From Bugula neritina (taxonomy: Eukaryota; Animalia; Bryozoa): DNA of 64,000 nucleotides. Under the pieces are notes generated by a model. The model saw only the letters and a program-made list of their open reading frames with translations. It searched no databases and was not told the DNA's origin. Each line of letters begins with the position of its first letter. Position 1 is the stretch's first letter. Position numbers and translations under genes: made by a program. The stretch spans positions 15,686,995-15,750,994 of the forward strand of contig OZ037765.1 in NCBI GenBank assembly GCA_964035545.1. The letters are read 5' to 3'. This document shows positions 56,001 through 64,000 of this stretch, piece after piece.

Positions 56001-59000
56001 CACACTCTATACACATCTATTATATCTGTTGCTACTGTTATATGAATATTCTTAGAAGGACCTTGAAAACATTTTAACTATTTCTATAACGGAAAGGCAA
56101 GCATATATATTACTAAAGTGTTTCGCATAAGTAATTGCAAAATACTGTATTAAAAGAATTCTAATAACGGAGTCAGAGCTTATAAGAAAGTGACTTATAC
56201 TCACCCTTAAGCTTACGCAACGGATCAGCATTGTGCTGAAGCAACAGCTCCACCACCTTCATGTGACCACCTGCACAAGCCAGTGAAAGAACAGTATGCT
56301 CATTATTTGCTGTACTTCTGTTCACATCTGCACCACTAGCTATGAGAAATTGAACAGTGCAGAAATGTCCAGCCCGGGCAGCTTTCATCAAAGGGGTCCT
56401 GCCCCCCTCAGACTCGTGCTCTAACTGAGCTCCGTGCTGCAGAAGCACTTCAACTACTTCAGTGTGCCCGTTCTCACTGGCATAGGTGAGCGCACTATCA
56501 TTGGTGCCAGTTAAAGCATTGATATTGCTGCCTTTCTGGATAAGAAAGCGAACAAGATCGAGGTGGCCTTCTTGTGAAGCCTCCATCAGAGGTGTGCTGC
56601 ACCCTCGCTCTATGTCGGCACCAGACACTATTAAAGACTGAGCCACCTCTATGAAGCCACCACAACAAGCTAGAGTAAGAGCAGTCTCTTGCGTTTCTTC
56701 TGTCTGAGCGTTCACATTGGCATTGTTACTCAACAGCGTGCTAACCATCTCCTCGTGACCTTCTCTGGACGCCTCCATCAGTGGAGTGTATCCTTCATCA
56801 TTCACCTCCTCAAGGTTAGCTCCCCTCGTAATAAGCAGACAAGCCAATTTTACGTGGCCACCACAGGCAGCCAGAGTGAGTGGCGATTCAAAGCTGTCTG
56901 CAGGCATGTTAACTTGAGCACCACTGTCTAACAGTAACTTTGCTACCTCTACATGCCCATCCATTGATGCCTCCATTAGAGCTGTGTGCATCTCATCAGT
57001 CTTATGCTCCTGATCTGCTCCTGCATCTAACAGGAACTTTACCATACCCAGATGACCTACAATCACCCATTTACACCCATGAAGCCCATAAATTATACAA
57101 ATATAATTTGAACAAAATTTTGGTGGTCGTATTTAAAGTAGAAAAAGAACAAAGCCTAAATTTGATAAAAAGAAATACTAACTGCCTACATAAAAAACCC
57201 ATGATGTTTAGCTCGGAATTGAACTTCATACACTTGCAAAAGCTACACTATAAGAAGATATATAGAAATCCACCTGACGATATGTTTGTAGTGGTATCTA
57301 AAGAAATATGGAGTGTTGTAGCATATAACCATACCTTTATAGCAGGCTAGAGTGAGAGCAGACTCCTTAAACTCATTACTGTGAGTGTTAATACCAGCAC
57401 CCGCATTCAATAGTATCTCTGCAACACGAACATGGCCAGCTGATGCTGCCTCCATCAATGGTGTATGTCCATTTTCATTCTGTTCTTCCACATTGGCACC
57501 CGATTTAATTAACTCTTTAACTACTTCACCATGTCCCCCCACAGCTGCATGATGTAATGCAGTGTGACCTAAAAAAGATAAATGAGATATGGAGCATATT
57601 ACTAGACCATGATTATATATAATAATTCATAATAATATGGTAGAAGATACTAAACCTTTGCATATCACATGGCCAATTCATTACATCAAAAAGAAATTTA
57701 GGATAGCAGGTTTAATAAGCATTAGGAAATACTAGAATACACTCTATAAATTATAGCCTTCAGAATAAAATGCATACCAGCAGAAGATTGAGCGTTGACA
57801 TCTGCACCGTGTTTTAACAATAGAAAGACTACTTGGAGATGCCCTTGAGAGGATGCTTCCATCAGAGGGGTACAATCTCCTTTAATACCACGGTCCTCTA
57901 CATTAGCTTTCATTCTTAGCAGAACCTCTGCTAACTCAAAAAACCCTGAGGCACAGGCAAGTGAAAGAAGTGATTCGCCATCATCATTTGTTTCATGAAC
58001 TGATCTACCTTCATTTAGCAGTTTCTTGACTGCTTCAATATCTCCATCACTGCAAGCTTCTGCAAGGGTCCTACAAACAAATAAACCTGATTAACAAACA
58101 GGAGAGGTGCGTAGCAACATACTAGTCACACATCAAGATAGAGCAAGAAAAATCACTACACTATGAATTATTTTGCAGTTGAAAAAACCCAAAACATATT
58201 TAAAACTCAACAATAAAACTGTAACGTAAATGAAAAATTTACAGACTCAAAAAGTAAAATAAATATAATGTTGAAATGAAACCATTATCTTATTACACAT
58301 GCAATATGGCAGATCTACCAGAGTAGAGTTAGCTCAGCAATACAGTACAATAACCAATTGTATGAGTACAAGGCATACTTTTCATTAATAGGAGGTGGCA
58401 AAGGTTCAGCTCTCATTCTGGTCAAAGCAGCTGCAGCTTCATCTAGTGCACAACTAACAGAAGATGTTAATTTTCTCAGTACTTCTGGATCTGCAAAAGC
58501 TTTACCATCGGTGGTGGAAAGTTTTCCAATGCCAGCAGCTTCCAACAATGCTTCCAACCTGGCTTGCGTGTGCAAATCAACTGAACTCAAATCTGCATTG
58601 TCCTATAGAACAAAAAGCTATTAAGGTTAGGGCTGCAAAATTTTCATAATTCTTCAGCTTTTCAGTACACACTACAGCTATTTAAAAAGCACAGGTTAAT
58701 AAGAGTTTACACTATTAGTAGCCCATAGACCCATACCCCTTGACACAACAGAAGTTTTGCTGCAGTGTTATCTAATAGTGATGCTGTAGCAGTTGTAGTT
58801 AAAGCGTTTAATTTTGTGTGAGGCTGTGCACAAATAAGGGCCATCTCTGCCTCTGTCCATTCTCTGGGTCCATCGAAAGTTAACTACAATTTTACATAAT
58901 GCAGAGCATCAAAAACAATCAACAACTGGGCTAGATGTTTGTTAAATAGAAAAACTTCACATGGTTATGATATTATTTGCTCATGACACAGTTGATAATG

Positions 59001-59306
59001 CAAATTACATTGTATTTTAAAACACAGGTGAGTTTTCAATAGAAACATCAGAATAAAAGAAGGTACAACACATTATACCTCCATATCAGATAATTCTGAC
59101 AAATCTTCACCAATGTCTCCCAGAGATGGTGGCTCTGCAAATGCACTACTAACAGAAATCCCACTACCACTTTCACTGCTACTGTCACTCAGCAAATCAA
59201 GAGTAGACAAAGGAGCTGTAGAAGCAGATAAAACTAAGCCATCATTTTTATTATGATCAAAGCCTGGGGCATCAAAATCCTTGATAGCTTCTTGTTCTTT
59301 GGCCAT
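43773..59306 (-). CDS. mask: Multiple ankyrin repeats single KH domain protein (Mask; ANKHD1/ANKRD17 orthologue), ~2365 aa
   Basis: 27 phase-consistent exons, 5' to 3': 59079-59306, 58379-58602, 57778-58070, 57335-57568, 56205-57056, 55768-55980, 55128-55498, 54729-55025, 54386-54545, 54162-54289, 53540-53702, 53130-53258, 51032-51320, 50392-50591, 50032-50283, 49467-49663, 49058-49231, 48639-48879, 48036-48176, 47651-47900, 47356-47493, 46991-47267, 45383-46513, 45014-45284, 44614-44690, 44276-44404, 43773-43811 (7098 nt). Diagnostic [51 protein letters not shown], two ankyrin arrays, Q-rich linker, basic coiled coil, KH-like domain and S/P-rich tail. Exons outside conserved domains are less certain. 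Confidence 0.93.
51333..51430. repeat. (TA)n microsatellite containing a 19-bp unique insert
   Basis: TA runs either side of tccttgctagagcacatta. Confidence 0.9.
51431..52725. mobile_element. Non-autonomous Tc1/mariner-superfamily (pogo-like) element, 1295 bp, inserted in a TA microsatellite
   Basis: Perfect 21-bp TIR ggggtaacgggggcacaacgg / ccgttgtgcccccgttacccc with TA flanks; internal tggcccattgtgcccc repeats at ~51614 and ~52345; no transposase ORF. Confidence 0.88.
52726..53021. repeat. Complex alternating purine-pyrimidine (TA/CA/CG) microsatellite
   Basis: tatatatacgtatgtacatgtatacgtata...; source of spurious YI-rich ORFs. Confidence 0.92.
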
Positions 59307-59550
59307 GTGGTATACGATAGTTACAAGTATTCTTTTTGATGGCGACGTATTAACCACTGAAATAAAATTCAAACAATCAGACTAATCCTTAAGCTTCTTG
59401 TTAAATAATATGGTCACATTATTATGAAGGTTTGAATAATAGTAAAGGGAGCAGGTTTAAACGCGGTAAAATGAAAAATAGGCTAAAGCGTTGCACCACT
59501 TTAATGAACTTGCTATATGCATATTATTTTTAATACAACAGTCTAATGAC

Positions 59551-61459
59551 CAGGGTTGCGGGAATTGTAATTGGGTCTGTTCATCTAATTTAGTACAAAT
59601 CCCTAATGCCAAACATAAAATTTTTAAGCTGTCTAATTTCAGTGTTTTTTATCTGTGAAAGATTGTAATTACACTTAGCTTGTGTAAAATCGTTTAAATA
59701 ATCTGAAAGAATAAACATTGATAACATGCGTTCAACATTAGACTAAGAAATTGAAGTTTACTTTGGTATTTTGTACTAAATACCTCAGTGACATTTTTGA
59801 AGTTTCAGAGGTTTTGTACATTTAACAAGACATAGTTTTTCTCAAGTTCATTAAAACTTCACATTATTTATTTCATTTTCTAGAATAAATTTTTCTCTTT
59901 TAAACAATATGCATATTGCCCGGTTTTATTGGAGTGGTTGCATACAATGTGATTTTGAATGTTGAAGTTAACTCAAAGTTCACCTCTCCGTGCCAATGGG
60001 TAACCAAATGGAGCGAAATTACTGCGGAATTGTCTATTTATTAAGCGACCTACTTTTAAAAGTCTTGTAATGAAAATAAAAACTAATTTTTATTTTTATT
60101 TTAAATAAATATTGAGAAGTTGTTGATAATTATATTGCTGCATAAAAATTATAGTTATTTGTCAAATTTCACAAAGAAATATGTGACGCATCCGCTTAGC
60201 AACATTTTACAGGTTTCAAATTGAAATTCAATTGACTTGTTGAATTTAACGAAAAGATATTCCTAATCTCTTAATTAACCTACATCCTACAAATAGGTGA
60301 GTGTTTCATGATATTTAATCATTTGGTGGTTTTAATTTATAACTATTAATATTTAGTAGCAGTTGCAAGTTGTTAATATTCGACTTATTCAAAGTCCAAC
60401 TTTTACTATTACAGTTTGAGTTTGATGATTATCAATATCGTCATTATTGTGATTATTATAATCTATCAATTACAGAAAATAAATGCAAATGATTCAATTC
60501 AGTATAAAATAGACTCAGATATTTTGCAAATTATATAAGCACTAAGAATTTTGTAAGAAATAATGTTTATTATAGGTTTTATGGCAGTTACGGAGTATAA
60601 CAGAGATAATTTTGAAAAGTTGGCTGAAGACTGAAAAAACTTATACAATTATAAAAAATAGCAGGTTTTTTATTGTAAAGATTTTAATTGTATCTTTTCA
60701 ATTTGTTAATGAATAATTTTTTTTTGTAATGCATCTGATTATGTGGAAAATCAATAAATTCTATTCTGCTAAAAAATTAGTATATGAAACATTCACACAA
60801 GATATCTACTTATAGTTGTCTATGATGAATAAATTTGAACAATTTTCTCTCTTTCAACCAGTTTTAAGTCAATTTTCTGTTTTATTATACTTTGTAGCTA
60901 ATGAATAACAATCTTACCAGCCTAAAGCTCATGCTATGTATACTGAAATTGCTGTAATGTCATATACCTACTTGCATCAAACTGTTGGATTACCCACTCA
61001 AATCAAATTTTTACATATATATTTGAATTCAGCAGGTCAAATTACATCAGTTGGGCAACTTTTGTAATTTTCAAGCAAAAAATAATTTTTGCATTGTTTT
61101 TCCCAGTTTGTACTAAATTAGGCAAACAGGCCCAATTGGTTGTAATTAATTACATTTTTTAAAGTAATTGAATGTAATTTGTAATTGATGTATTAAAATA
61201 TAATTGTAATTGTAACTTATTACTTATCTAATGTAATTGATTTTTCCTATCATGCCAACTGTTAACAAGTTTAGATTAAGTCAATATAGTATAGTATCAA
61301 TGTTGAAAACTAAGGAGGTTCACCACTGTCAAAATTGCCCCAGGTAGTTGGACCCTAGAAGTGAAATTGCATAACTTCTATGTATCCCTTGTGAGAACAA
61401 AATTAGTTGTAATTGCAAATAATTACATTGCCATTTAATTGTAATTGACCCCAACACTG
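59551..61459. mobile_element. hAT-superfamily MITE carrying a nested insertion
   Basis: Termini cagggttgcggg / ccccaacactg; exact 8-bp TSD CTAATGAC (59543-59550, 61460-61467). Confidence 0.88.
59573..61133. mobile_element. Nested non-autonomous DNA transposon, Sola-like, 1561 bp
   Basis: 27-bp imperfect TIR gggtctgttcatctaatttagtacaaa / tttgtactaaattaggcaaacaggccc; exact 4-bp TSD AATT. Confidence 0.8.
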
Positions 61460-61623
61460 CTAATGACTACCAACAAGTTTTGTTAATGGTAAATTAAAAC
61501 AGGGGAATCTAATGACATTGAACAGGGTATTGAAATCTGTAAAAATGATATCTTAGCTATATAAAAATTTAATTTCAGAGTCATTGACCAAGCTTAATTG
61601 ATTTTGATGGGGTTTCCTGCAAA

Positions 61624-62130
61624 TGGTGTTATTGTTTTAAAATCTTATGGAATTATTTTTTAAATGTTTTCAGTCCAAATAGACAACTTCCAATTAGAAG
61701 ACCATTAATATATTCCACTTAGACGATCCCTCCATTTAGACTTTATTTCAGAAAATTTAAAAATTGATTATATTTGATACTAAGTTGCATTTATTTTGAT
61801 TTCATGTGGATCCATGTGCACAGGTGTTTAACTGAAGCCATGCATAGGTAAATAACTGAAGCCATTTGCATAATATGACTTTTGAAACCATTGCCCTAAC
61901 AGTTTATTGAAGTCATTAACCATTAGATGCCTAATTATTTGAAATAATTTAATATAACATACTTTTTTAAACTATTTTTCTAGTTCTACATTAAAGTCAT
62001 TCAATTTCAAATTTTAAAGTAGTTAAATATATTTTAATGTCATCTACATATATATTTGATAGCAATATTTGGGGTCGTCTAACTGTAATTTGGCCGTTTA
62101 ACTGGAAGTTGTCTGGCTGGAATAACACCA
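61624..62130. mobile_element. Degenerate inverted-repeat-bounded element (MITE)
   Basis: tggtgttatt / aataacacca, agacaacttcca / tggaagttgtct and ttagacga / tcgtctaa pair as inverted arms. Confidence 0.6.
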
Positions 62131-62339
62131 ATGAAACGCCATGACAAATTTCTGCTTCAACTCAAAGTTGAAACTAAATTAAAATGAAAATGTGGGAAAT
62201 GTGAAATCTAGTTCAAATCCCTAAAACCAATACATCTAAAAGCAGAAGCAAAACTAAAAATAAAATGTCCTTGAAGCTGAGAATGTGAAGTGAATTGAAT
62301 GTGATAAATAGCATCTTAATCTACAACAATGAATTTGAT

Positions 62340-63160
62340 AAAATAACTATAACTCTATAAGCATAACTATAAGATTAGGTATAATAATTAGAAATCCAAA
62401 TAAAATTAGTATTACTAATTCTAATAGTATTACTATTAGTTATACTATTAAATTCATATTACATTTATTACTGGTACTACTATTACTGTATTAGTATTAC
62501 TATTAGTGTTAGTAGTACTAAGTCTATTAGTAATAGTATTACTATTAGTATTACTACTACTAGTACTACTATTAGTATTACTATTGGTATTAGTAGGCAA
62601 GTAGTACGCAATAGTACTACTAGTACTATTACTAATACTAGCCTATTAGTTATTAGTATTACTATTACTAATAGTAATAGTATTAGTAATATTATTACTA
62701 TTAGTATTAATATAAATATTAGAAATAGATAGATATATATTGATATAATTATAACATTCAAACATACTGATAGTCATAGTGATACTGATAGTCATAGTGA
62801 TACTCATACTGAGCGATGAATCTGATAGTCATGTGGCGCAAGTATTAATATTAGTATCAGTATGAGTATGCGCAAGACTATGATTGAGTATAGATAATAG
62901 TTATACAGTATGAGTATAACTATAAGTAAAAGGCTTCTAGACTCTAGTACTACAGCTACTAGTACACTGTACAGTAGTACTAGTAGTAGTGAGTAGTAGT
63001 AGTAGTAGACGTACTCCGACTCGTAGTACTAGTACATCGAGGCAAATAGTTCTATCAATTAAAATAGAAAAACTAAGTGAAAATGAATTTTAGTGGAGCT
63101 TGTATGCTGATTAACTAATACATTAAGAGTATTAGTAATACTAATAAGTAATAACTATAA
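62340..63160. repeat. (TAN)n / (TNA)n cryptic triplet low-complexity tract
   Basis: tattagtattactattagt..., tactgatagtcatagtga x2, tagtactagtagtagt. Confidence 0.85.
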
Positions 63161-63425
63161 TAAGAATTGGAGGGTTTAGACTTTGGTGAAAGTATCCGCC
63201 ATAGCAGATTATCACGTTTGACTTATAGGCTATGACCCACACATATAGATACTGTTGACAGTTGTGGGACAGGACAACATCTTTCTTGGATTAAAGGCTA
63301 ATTTCAAAAGTACCCGGATATTTAGCTTGTTACTTTCTGTCACAATTGTAAAATCCGGGGTTATGCCCTGGTTCATTATAAGGTTTCAATGTATCACCCT
63401 CTAAACGTACTAACTGGAATGGTCC

Positions 63426-63550
63426 TATAAGCAGCTCTGGGTTGGTAGAGAGTGAGTGCAATAGTTCGGGGGTGTGACGTTTAGAGTTATGTCCTCAACT
63501 CCAAACTCGAACTACTGCACTCATTCACCACCAACTCGGAGCTGCTTATA
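63426..63550. repeat. 125-bp palindromic element
   Basis: tataagcagctctgggttggt...tgagtgcaatagttcg pairs with cgaactactgcactca...accaactcggagctgcttata. Confidence 0.8.
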
Positions 63551-63694
63551 AAGCCATTCACGTAACTGAAATATTATCTTAAACCAAACGGCCTTACCAA
63601 GAACTCAAAAAGATCCGAAAAGTTGTGGAGATCATTGAAGCTGATTTGTATTACAATTCACTGGCTCAGATTGTATAACTTCTCTTCGTCCGAT

Positions 63695-64000
63695 GAAATA
63701 AATATAATCATAATCAATATCATAATGAGAAAATTGAAATATATTTATATTATGATTACCATAATCATTATCATAATGATATTGGTAATTATTTATTGTC
63801 ACACTCACTGTAATAAGTAATGTATCATATGATAATGATTATCCAATGAAGCACTATCACAATGACTATCACTATGAATAGGATAATGATGATACGAATC
63901 ATCATGATCATACTCATAAATCATAATAATAATCGTAATCATAATCATAATGGTTATCAATTATGATAATCAGATAATCATAATGGAGTTGTACTAGTAC
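63695..64000. repeat. (TAA/TCA/TGA)n low-complexity tract
   Basis: ataatcataatcaatatcataatga... Confidence 0.8.

Noticed and set aside
56689-57350. Plus-strand ORFs over mask and tektin exons (also 37298-37771, 51075-51604, 58358-58649)
   Set aside because: Antisense shadows of real coding exons with no independent protein features.
62483-62761. Hydrophobic 92-aa ORF resembling a membrane protein (also 63623-63820)
   Set aside because: Artefact of the triplet low-complexity tracts.
63185-63201. ATGGCG (MADTFTK) as an upstream coding start for mask
   Set aside because: The adjacent GT is phase 0 whereas the acceptor before the ATG-containing exon would need phase 1; kept only as a promoter or 5' UTR motif.

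Overview
AT-rich, intron-containing animal genomic DNA; the gene and repeat content suggests an invertebrate, but the species cannot be determined from the window. Three complete spliced genes can be built by hand with consistent intron phases: an RNF141-like C3HC4 RING ligase (+, 20407-31770, 5 coding exons, 285 aa), tektin-3 (-, 35480-40253, 9 coding exons, 507 aa) and the Mask/ANKHD1/ANKRD17 orthologue (-, 43773-59306, 27 coding exons, ~2365 aa). A probable first coding exon of an unidentified minus-strand gene lies at 2122-2290. The first 20 kb is a cluster of decayed Ty3/Gypsy elements, solo LTRs and MITEs, and introns carry many non-autonomous DNA transposons, several nested with exact TSDs. 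Best observations: a Mask KH domain lacking the GxxG RNA-binding loop; a 3.56-kb palindromic element in RNF141 intron 1 whose arm identity falls from the ends inward; a recurring palindrome plus (TAN)n/(TNA)n tract at inferred gene 5' ends; a MITE inserted inside a splice donor; and a probable GC-AG intron. No prokaryotic systems, CRISPR arrays or rRNA/tRNA genes were seen. Identities were estimated by eye and reference sequences recalled from memory, not searched.
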